Origin: Octopus sinensis
Lineage: Eukaryota
NCBI RefSeq assembly: GCF_006345805.1
Contig: NC_043001.1
Coordinates: forward strand, 56,668,001 to 56,732,000
Direction: 5' to 3'
DNA length: 64,000 nt
The notes below the pieces were generated by a model that was not told the DNA's origin, did no database searches, and worked only from the letters and a program-made list of their open reading frames with translations. A program made the translations under genes and the position numbers. Shown here in pieces: positions 54,266-64,000 of this stretch (the first letter of the stretch is position 1; every line of letters begins with the position of its first letter).

Positions 54266-54460
54266 TTATGAGGAGGTGCTGAAAAGTTCCTGGCTTTAAT
54301 GGTGTTGCGAAAGGCCTTGTTGGAGGCCCAACCTTCCAAGTTCTGTTACAGAGCTTAGAAAGACTGAAAGGATGCTACAATTAGTGTGTGAATCTGAGAG
54401 GGGAATATGTTGAATAAAACCATAATTAACTGATCTTCATGTATTTACTTTTACCCCTTG
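54266..54460 (+). mobile_element. Mariner-derived non-autonomous element
   Basis: TIR-like gaggaggtgctgaaaagttcctggcttt plus a C-terminal remnant CVNLRGEYVE*. A second copy lies at 10689-10838 in the opposite orientation. Confidence 0.65.
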
Positions 54461-54692
54461 TCTTTATGAATTCAACCTGTAAATAAAGCTACGGAAATGC
54501 TAAGACTCATTTCAATTCTAGAAAATGCGGTTGTAAAAGTCTGGTAAATGTCGCATATGAAATTAGGAATTTATTATCACAAACTATTTGCCAAAAACTA
54601 ACAGAAATACAAAATATGTAAGATGAAAGCGAGAAAACCTGAACACAGGGGTATATTTCATTGTCCTGTATTTCACTGAAGTAATACGGAAT

Positions 54693-54788
54693 GAAGTATT
54701 TTGCTCAAAAACACAACACTTCGTCCGATCGAGGAATCGAAACCACAAACTTATTTTCGTGAGTGCAGCATCTAACTACTGAACCACG
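54693..54788 (-). mobile_element. SINE family C tRNA-like head
   Basis: Reverse complement gtggttcagtagttagatg...gtggtttcgattcc. Confidence 0.55.
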
Positions 54789-56317
54789 TACATACATAGG
54801 TACTCACACACATGCATACATATACATGTAATTCAGCATACATACATACATTAGTACGTTTATATATATACATGTATATGTATATACACACATATACACA
54901 TAACTAAGGTAACTAACTGTAAGGAGAGATATTCAGATGCAACCATAGTCATACGACTGGACACAGACACGCAATCGTTTTACTTAGAAAGAGAGAGGGG
55001 GGCGAGAGATAGGGGGAGAGAGAAGGGGGTTGATGGGGTGGGGTTGTAGTGAACTAGTAAACATTTCTTCTATTCAGAAAACTTTATATATGACAATTAA
55101 ATCGAACATTCACTCTCCTGCAGCAGTTCTCGCTCTTAGAGCCGCTATATTCACCCTAAAATCTGTACAATACCATGTCACTTTCTTCCCTACCAGTTTC
55201 TCGCTTCCATCTCTGCCATCTCTGCCAAGAAACCACTGCCTATTATATACTTTAGCATGGACATCACAATCACTTCTTTAGTAAGCGTAATGGAAATCCT
55301 GGTGTTCCATATTATTATGTTTAGCATTTTTATTTTATCTTGTTTCGTTTGTTTTTGACTCTCTCTTCTTCTCTCCTACAATACTAGCTGTCTCTCACGT
55401 ACAAGATTTCTGACGAACCTATTCCCTATCTCTCTCTCTCTCTCCCCCATCTTTATGGCCATGACTCTATTTCACAATCTCACTCTTACCTTTTTCCTAT
55501 ACTTATCTAACTCTTCTTCATACCCCTCTATCAGCAGGTAACTTTGTCTCCCTTTATTTCTCTTTCGTTTTAACTGTTTTTTCTTTATCACGATCTGTCA
55601 CTTTCTGTCTTATTTGTCTCTCTGTTTCTCTGTCTGACTGTCAGTCTCACTCTCTCTCCCTCTCCCTCTCTCTTTGTATATATTTCTAGTTCCCTTTCAT
55701 CTCTCCTTTCTTTATTTCTTTATTTATACCTCCTTCTTTTCCCCTCTTTGCGTCACTTTCATCCTCGTGCTTTCTTTACATCTAATTTCATTTTTTCTGT
55801 GTGTATCTCTTTCTCTTTCTTCGTTTCTTTCTCTTTCTTTGTCTTTCTTCGTTTCTTTCTCTTTGTTTCTCTCTCTCTTTCTCTCTCTTCCCTCTCTTTC
55901 TCTTTTGTCTGTCTCTCCTTCTTTCTCTACTTAATTTTTTTTTCGCTACGCCATTGTAGCAGTATCAGCAACACTGAAACAGTCGACGAATACCTCAGAT
56001 AAGACGTGCTCAGAATTAACGCAAATAAATAGACATAAAACAAAGACACATGGACAAAGAAAGAGATGGTACGCAGGAAGTGAGAAGAGAAGGAACGGGT
56101 GGACTGAATTTCTGATTTGATCAAGGTGTCATGGGAATGCTTACTGTTACAAATCACTTGCACCCACCACTACTGTCTATAAAAGCCTCTGAATGAACAT
56201 CTATAGGGCCACTAGGCTTGCTAGAAATAGCAGCCGAAACTCTTTTGAGATGATTAGGAAATATCGGTGAAAAGTAGTCCTAGTGTAACCCTTAAAAAGT
56301 CATAACTGGGAGTTTTA

Positions 56318-56717
56318 TTATTTTATTCTTTTACTTGTTTTAGTAATTTGCGGCTATGCTGGAGCACTGCTTAAAGGGTTTTAGTCGAACAAATCGACCC
56401 CAGGACTTATTCTTTGTAAGCCTAGTATTTATTCTATCGGTGTCTTTTGCCGAACTACTAAGTTACGAAGACGTGAACACAACATCGGTTGTCAAAAGAC
56501 GGTAGGGGGTCAAATACAAACACACATTCATAAATACATACATATATATTTACGACAGGTCTCTATTCAGTTTCCGTCTGCCAAATCCACCCACAAGGCT
56601 TTGGTCAGCTCGAGGCTATAGTAGAAGACACTTGCACAAGGCGTCACGCAGTGGGACTGAACCCGGTACCATGTGATTGGGAAGCAAGCTTCTTACCATA
56701 TAGCCAGGCCTATGCCT
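56318..56717 (-). mobile_element. SINE family A
   Basis: Full-length reverse-complement match. Confidence 0.85.
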
Positions 56718-56882
56718 ATTTGTTAATTTTCTTCCAACTATTTGAAGTTTTTCAAATTTTCACCTGATTATTTTTGAAAAAGTAGTTCAGTTGTAGTTTT
56801 GTATCATGATAATCGCTTACGTATTTTTGTGTGTGTGTGTTATGAAGAAGCTACAGGCATATATTTTTTATACTGATTTACA

Positions 56883-57094
56883 TTGGTTTCAAATTTTTAG
56901 GTCAAGGCCAGCAATTTTGAGCAAAAGGATGAGTCGATTACATTGAACCCAGAGTTCGGCTGCTTTCTATTTTATCGATCTCGAAAGGATGAAAGGCAAA
57001 GTCGATCACGGTGGCATCTGAACTCAGAACGTAAAGACGGACGAAATGCCGCTAAGCACTTTGTACGACGTGCTAACGATTCTATTCGTTTGCC
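56883..57094 (-). mobile_element. SINE family B
   Basis: Full-length reverse-complement match. Confidence 0.85.
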
Positions 57095-57381
57095 ATGGAT
57101 ATCAGCGAACACAAACCTTTATATACTCTCTGGACCTGTCGGAAATAGTGGCAAAATCTTCCTTAAACTACACCATGACAGTTAAAAAGCAATGGACGAA
57201 ACAGTGTGCCACAACACCGTTTATTTCCTAGCTTGAGGGAAGCTCAAGTGGTTTCTCCTTGTTGATTGTTAATACGAGCATTTTAAGGGAATTTTTACCG
57301 ATGTAAATCTTTTATCAAACACACGACCCACGAAAGATTGTAAACAAAGTTTAAACACCAGAATTTTCTTTTGTCTTATAA

Positions 57382-57732
57382 GTTTTACTTATTTCAGTCA
57401 ATAGACCGCAGCCATGCTGGAGCATCGCCTAGAAGGGCTTTTAGTCAAATGAATCAACCCAAGTACTTATTTTTGTTAAGCCTGGTACTTATTCTATCGA
57501 TCTCTTTTGCCTAGCCGCTAAGTTACGGGGATGTAAAAACACCTACACCAGTGGTGGGAGACACGCACGCACACACACACACACATACACACACACATAC
57601 GACGCGCTTCTTTCAGTTTTCTTCAACCAAACCCACTCACAAGACACTTGCTCAACTTTCCACACAATGTGACTAAACCTGGAACCATGTGGCCAGGAAG
57701 CAAGCTTCTAACCAGACAGCCACACCTGCGCC
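57382..57732 (-). mobile_element. SINE family A, internally deleted
   Basis: Reverse-complement head and 3' domain present. Confidence 0.8.
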
Positions 57733-58199
57733 TTTATCATAAGAAAAATGAAAGTATATTTAATATAGATTTGCTGTGCCCTGTAAGTCTTTCGAGAGTC
57801 GTGAGTTCGATCAAAAAATATATCTGTGGCACAGTATTTCGTCCTTTTTGTTTAGTTTAGCTGTTAAACTTTGCTTCCAATATATGTGGATAGCGAGTTC
57901 GATAAAAAAAAAATTACACACATTGGAAATTCACTTTAATTTAAATGTTATGAATGACACGCAATATGTAGAAAGCACTTGGGCCTGCCTGAAGCGAAGA
58001 AGCTAATGGGAACATTTTTCTTCCAACTATAAAATTCTAGTCTGAAAATTTTCAAAAAGTCTACTAGTAATGTAGTTTTGCATGTTGATGGTAAATATTG
58101 CATTCCTTACTTTGGAAAATTAATAATAAAGAAGTTAGAGGCATTTAAATATAGATATTTTTAACCAATGTATTTCAAGCAAGTGTCTTCACAGCGGAA

Positions 58200-58800
58200 G
58201 TCGAAACTTTTTGCTTATGCTACTGTGGGTAAAAAAAACCCCGGCAAATACTAGGTTTTATAAGGAGGAATTAGTCATTGGTATCATTACCACAAGAGAT
58301 TATAAAAGTTACGGGAGATCTGCGCAGAAAATTTGTTCCGCAATACAATAATGATTGGTGGTGGTCCCAGCAGAACTGTTGAAATAGACGAAACTTTAGT
58401 TTCGAGGAGAAAATACAACAACCAATTATCGAATGCTATCCGAACAGTGGATTTTCGGTGTGTCGCGAAACTCGAGAAGTTCTTTTTTCTTTATTTTTGC
58501 TGTACCTTCTCGAGATCGTGACACATTTGAAGATTGCATTTGACAACCAATTCTGCAAGGAACAACAGTGACCTGAGACGTGCATACTCGCATATGCCTG
58601 CGATACCTATATTCACCATACAACCAAGCTCACCGTACAACTGTGAAACACAGCGTTAAATTTGTAAACTCGCAAGACGGAACTCATGCACAAAATGTGA
58701 AGGAATAAACGGTGCTGTGGAACTCATCGTTCTACAATGAATTCATCTCTGCGAGTTTATGTGGCACCGCAGGTATGAAAAATGCGATCTCTCTGAAATA
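58200..58800 (+). mobile_element. Second Merlin-type transposase remnant
   Basis: IGGGPSRTVEIDETLVSRRKYN, SRDRDT, FVNSQDGTHAQNV and CEFMWHRRY across frameshifts, typical of the ISXO2-like DDE domain. Confidence 0.75.
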
Positions 58801-58983
58801 GACACAGTTTAACTTTATCATTGTTTTTTGATATTGATAGTCAATATGTTTTTGTTTAATTTTGGTGGTTAATTCTAGCGGGTCGAAAGCAAGTGCTGTG
58901 ACTCTTACAATAATACTATTAGTCAATTATGGGGATGTACTTGCATAACAAGTGACCTGATCTGAGATCTTGTGCTGGAACGA

Positions 58984-59272
58984 AAACAATTTCAGCGTGG
59001 AAGGTATTTATAAGCCATTTAAGAAATACACAAAAACCGTTCGATTCATTTCAACATTTAATTTGTGAAAATATTTTCGTCATTTTGAAACCGTGACCTG
59101 TTCACTGACAAACTTCCGTACTGCATCTGATGTAGTACGAAATTTTGTCAGTGAACAGGTCGCGGTCTCAAAGCGACGAAAATATTTTGATAAATTAAAT
59201 GTTGAAGTGAATCGAACGGTTTTTGTGTATTTCTTAAATGGCTTATAAATACCTTCCACACTGTAATTGTTT
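58984..59272. repeat. 289-bp palindromic (fold-back) element
   Basis: Two 144-bp arms, about 90% identical, around a single central T at 59128. Confidence 0.9.
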
Positions 59273-60110
59273 ATTATTCAAATTGTATATAAATATCATT
59301 TTTGAAGAGGTTCGGAAGAAAACGAAAAAGTTGTTCAAAAGTTAACAAGATCATATAATGGTCTTGGCTGGAACGTCTTTGTACATAGTGTTTGAACATA
59401 AGGCCATTTTAGAGATAAACAGTAAACAACATTAGCAATGGCCTTTATGTAATTGCTCGATCTTTATAAAGAGTAATGAAACCTCCAACAAATACCACAC
59501 TTAATAAAAAAAAATGTCCCTTTAAGACTTTTGATTCAATTTCTAAAAAAAAAGCTGGATGATCCCAGTTAGATAGTTTTTCATCAACCGTCTCTGTATA
59601 TCAGTGGTCCCCAGCCGGGGTCTATCTAGCTCTTGGGGTTCCATATAACACTATGCTATTCAACACTGTCACTACCATCTACACACCAACAATTACAAAA
59701 CATCAATACAAAATAAGGAAGACGTTTCCAGTAGTTACGTAACCTGTTAGAAAAGAAGCCAAGCTAATATCGTAGGTTGTGAAAGGAGGGGAAAACACAT
59801 TGTCCAATGCATTCATAGATATTCAAAAGTGGAACTGATTTTAACTCTAGGAGAATTTGACCTGGGGATAAACAATAACAACACATCATCGATAGCAATG
59901 CGGCTATCACCAACGGTAACACAAACTGATGTGTGATCAGGAAAAAAAATACACTGAATAATGTAATTTTGAATAACGGGTTAAAATGATGGATGGGGGG
60001 GAGGTCATAACTGGAACGTCTTTGCTTATAGCTCTACCAAAGTAGGACTCCGTTGGAGGTTAAGCAACAATCACAATATAGTTACAATATCCGGAACAAC
60101 AGCCTTAGTA

Positions 60111-60318
60111 GCAAAAATGATGGCACAAGATCAGTAATTAAAAAGGAGAGGAGCAGTCGATTACATTGACTCTAGTCAAGTTCACTAGTAATTGTTTTAT
60201 TGACCTCCGAAAGTATGAAAGACGAAGCTGAAGTCAGCACTAGTTGAACTGAGAAAATATAGAGTCGCAAGAAAGGCCGCTAAGCATTTCTGTCCGACCT
60301 GCTAACGATGCTGCCAGC
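60111..60318 (-). mobile_element. SINE family B, decayed
   Basis: gccgctaagcattt...gctaacgatgctgccagc. Confidence 0.7.
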
Positions 60319-60722
60319 AGTATAGTAGCGAATATGATAATAGACTTAATAACAGCAGCAACAATAACATCAATCTGTCACCCGTTTAAATATCACCATT
60401 TGGTCACTGCGTGCTTTTAGCAAAGTTCACACTACTGAAAGCTTTCAGTTTAAGGATAACGGCGACAGCCTTCCCCGCCACCATCACTCCTACTCTCAGT
60501 TGTACAAAAAAGATAAACGAGTCCTAAGCCCCTGCTTTCCCTTCTGGGAAAGATGATGATATTAGTTATCTAAATACGTATCACTACATTCATCACCATA
60601 AGCCAAGGACAACAATGCAATCATCATCGCGCAAACTATGAAATAGCAGCCAAATCATCAACGTTAAATGATATAAAAATAGGATGTAACATTGGATAAC
60701 TTGCTAAAAATAAAATGAATGG

Positions 60723-61112
60723 TTTTATTCTTTTACTTGTTTCAGTCATTTGACTGCATCCATGCTGGAGCACCGCTTTGGAGGGTTGGGGCTTAGTCAC
60801 ACAAATCGACACTTTTTTTAAAAGCCTGGTCGATCTCTTTTGCCGAACCGTTAAGCTACGGGGACGTAAACACACCAACACCGGTTGTCAAGGAGTGCTG
60901 GTGGTTGGGAAAACACATACACACACGCACACACACATGCATTGATATATACGACGTGCTTCTTTCAGTTTCCATCTACCAAATCCACTCAGGGCATTGG
61001 TCGGCCTGACGCTATAGTAAAAGACACTTGCCCAAGGTGTTATGTAGTGGGACTGAACACGGAACCGTGTGGTTGGGAAACAACTTTCTTACCAAACAAC
61101 CATGCCTACGTC
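60723..61112 (-). mobile_element. SINE family A
   Basis: Reverse-complement match with internal (CA)n. Confidence 0.85.
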
Positions 61113-61512
61113 TATTTTGCTCAGTAATAAAACAAAATAGTAAAATTGGTAAGTTTTGCGCGTGCGTGTGTGTGTGTATGTGTGTGTGTGTGTGTGTATG
61201 TATGTGTGTTTGTGTGTATGTGTGTGTGTGTGTGTGTGTTCTGTTTTCCCTTATGTCACTTACAAATTTAAGATAAAACCAGATACGAAGGAAATTTGGA
61301 AACTTGGTAGATATGAGCTGAGCCTTTCCCTAGGAGAAACATCATTCAATATTAGTTGTGCCAGCAGAGTAGTGGTTGACTAAACACAGTTCTGTAGATG
61401 AAGAAATGGCACCGCTCAATAGTGGTTGTAATTATAAGTCTAAGTAACCGTCATAATGACTGGTCAATGGTTCGAATGATACTGCTCAGTTCAGTGGTGG
61501 CTTAACTGATTT

Positions 61513-61712
61513 CTGGCTAAGGCACAAGACCAGTAATTTCGTAGGGTAGATGTTAGACGGTTTCCATTAACTTCAGTGCTTGGCCAGTACGTTATTTTAT
61601 CGAATCCAAAGAGATGAAAAGCAAAGTTAACCCGGTGGGAACTGAACTCCAAGCGTAAAGAAATACTGCAAGGCACTTTTTCTGACGCATTAATGATTGT
61701 ACCAGCTTACCT
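61513..61712 (-). mobile_element. SINE family B, decayed
   Basis: ggcacaagacc...ttattttatcgaa...gatgaaaagcaaagt. Confidence 0.65.
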
Positions 61713-62052
61713 ATACATCTTAATGTTTGTTGTAATGACGCTACTCATTGATGGTTGCAATATATCTCACCAGCTGCTTTAATATTAGTAGTGGTTTTAA
61801 TGACCCAACTCGGTGTTGACTGTGATGAAGTAAGTCACCTGTGGTTGTAACAATATGGATCAGTATTGAAGAAAATGAGACAGCCCAAGTTGTGTTTGTA
61901 ATAAAACAACTCAGTGTCGATTCGAATGTGAACTTTGAAGTATTTTAATGACAGAGACCAAAGGTGGTTTTAATGACAGTATTTATATATAGTGTTGGTT
62001 GTATTGAAACAGCTAAGTGTTTGTTGTAATGGTGTAACTCAGTGGTTAGGTA

Positions 62053-62304
62053 CAGGGCCAGTGCTTGAAATTGCGGAGCCCTTTTAGAAAATGGTCAGTG
62101 GGGGCCTCTGCTCTACAAAAACTGAAGATTGACGTTTTATACTTCGTGTAGTACGCCAGTCCCAGCCAAATACTGTTGAGTGCTTGAGGCCCGACCAATT
62201 AACCACAATGATATACGAAAAATTCAATATAGCGTTCTCCGCTTGAGCGTGTTCGCAGAGCCCAATATGGACACATCTGTCTAATTGGTTTAAAACCAGC
62301 TCTG
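62053..62304. mobile_element. hAT-type MITE
   Basis: TIRs cagggccagt / cagagctggt. 8-bp flanks gttaggta and gttaggag (6/8 match). Confidence 0.6.
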
Positions 62305-63734
62305 GTTAGGAGTTGTAATGACAGAGCCCTACAATGGTTGTACTGAAACACCCTAGCAGTTCGTATTGCTATAAGTCAGTAGTGGTTGAAATTGGTTGTA
62401 ACGATACAGCTTACGGATAGTTTTAATAAATAAATGAACAGTTATTGAAAGTTGATTTGATGAAATAGCCTTGTGTAAGTGAAATAGTTAAACACGACAA
62501 GAATATAAAGAATTCAACTTGCTTTTCTGTTTGTAAAAATAGAAAGACAACAAAATTATAAGTTCAGAATTATTTACCGTTTGTAGTTTTACTGAGGACT
62601 ATTGCTGCTGCCACCTACAGTTGCTTCTAAAGAGAGAAAGAGAGATTGAGAGAGAGAGAAAGAGATAGAGGAGAGATAGGGACGGGAAGAGAGAGAGAGG
62701 CAGAGCGAGAGAGAAAGAGAGAGTTTACTGAGAGATAGAAGAGAGGGTGAAGATTCAGAATTTATAATTTTTCTTTTTCTTTTTTGTCACTTTATTTTTA
62801 TTTTAGTATTTACCGTTTGTAATTTGATTTTCATTTTCAATGTATTCATGCGTATGTATGTTGTGACGTGATACTCATGTAGACCAGAATGTGTAAAGAT
62901 ACACAATGCTGGCAAAAAGTCGAAAAGAAATGAATAATTGTTACGATGAACGATACGTCACGGTGAAAGAGTGTTTTTCAATTTGATTAAGAAACCACAT
63001 TTGAAATGACCGTAAATTATAAAAAAATTAGAATGTTAATAATCAGTTGGCTTTAAACGAAAACTTTGCAGAAATAAAAGTTATCTAGATATAACCCTAT
63101 AATATTAAGTTGGCACATCACACAAGCTCATCAACACGAGAACCGTTAGCGACTGACTATACATAGTTGCTATAAGTTAACCGATTTTCAGACAGATCTT
63201 TACTCAAAAAAGACCTAGATTATATCAGCTGCATATTTAGTCTCTCCCTTGGAATCAAGTCACAGGTTCTCTTTAAGAGACAAACAGTGTGCATGACATG
63301 CTCAACAACATCGTCAATTACGTAGATATGTATATAGAAAGAAGGCGAGAAATAAATTAAGAAACAAGCAAACAAAAAAATTTGGTGATAGGAGAAAGAG
63401 AAAATCGAAGAAATGATAAGCTGAAAAGAGAAATAAAAGGGAATATCTAATATGACTTATAAAAAGCTTATTTATTATAAAGAAAACAGGTAAAAATAAA
63501 TCTTAACAACGGAGAGTAGGAAGTATCATGTTGACTTAGGACTGTTTTAGCCTTAGACATAAAATTAGGTAGGTTAGCCGTTATAACGTTCCTACAAATA
63601 AATAGATCGTCAAAATCTGATACATAAGCCATCGAAGTACTGATTAAAACCCTCTGTACATCGGGGTATCATTGAGAAGGAAACTGACAGGTATGCCCTC
63701 GGCACTAGGGATTTGTTGATGTCTGCAATTGAGG

Positions 63735-63959
63735 ACGTTATGGTCAACACGAATAAAAATGATACAACCAACACATTTAGTCATTTCAAAAGCTGTATCG
63801 AATCAGTAACCGAAGCTGAAGGTGGTTTTATTGAATAGCCATTAGCTATGTATATGTAAGAATATGTCTACCAAACTCCTTAAATATATTGACTTTTCTA
63901 ATAAATATTTGTTCCTTTTAAATTAAAATTTTGTTCTCAAATAGCTGACGCTTCCTGTA
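63735..63959 (+). mobile_element. 3' fragment of a related maT-like element
   Basis: ...IESVTEAEGGFIE* (gaagctgaaggtggttttattgaata) is shared with 34245-34274. Ends cctg+TA. Confidence 0.6.
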
Positions 63960-64000
63960 TATGTATGTATATGTGTGTGTATGTTTGTGTGTGTGTGTGT

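Larger units (their letters stand above)
61370..62480. repeat. Decayed ~22-24-bp minisatellite (core GTGGTTGTAATGACAG)
   Basis: About 19 recognisable ggttgtaat/ggttttaat variants, interrupted by a SINE B and a hAT MITE. Confidence 0.55.

Noticed and set aside
57815-58900. TIRs for the second Merlin remnant
   Set aside because: Only a weak ggcacag/gtcacag similarity and no TSD.
59143-59200. Hammerhead-like GUGAACA (G3-C8 swap) + gtcgc/gcgac stem + GAAA in the right arm of the palindrome
   Set aside because: No valid NUH site (position 17 would be G) and no stem I. The remaining pairing is just the palindrome itself.
61370-62480. CRISPR-like repeat-spacer array
   Set aside because: Units are highly degenerate with no unique spacers, no cas genes are present, and the context is eukaryotic.

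Overview
AT-rich, microsatellite-dense eukaryotic DNA, intronic or intergenic. The tRNA-derived SINE families and the (TA)/(TACA)/(TAGA)/(TAT) repeat style point to an octopus genome; this is recognition by eye, not a database match. No protein-coding gene can be identified with confidence, and most listed ORFs are translated microsatellites. The window holds more than 20 SINE copies of at least 3 families, decayed Tc1/mariner, maT (DD37D-like) and Merlin transposons, CR1/L2-like and R4/Dong-like LINE fragments, a non-autonomous Helitron, a hAT-type MITE and two long palindromic elements. The standout is 45241-46680: a very young ~550-bp element present as tandem and inverted near-identical copies between (TA)n tracts. 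Three of its copies carry a complete type I hammerhead ribozyme: 6-bp stem I, CUGACGA, stem II, GAAA, short self-complementary stem III and a GUA cleavage triplet. This fits a retrozyme or Penelope-associated self-cleaving element that could release a 386-nt monomer or circular RNA.
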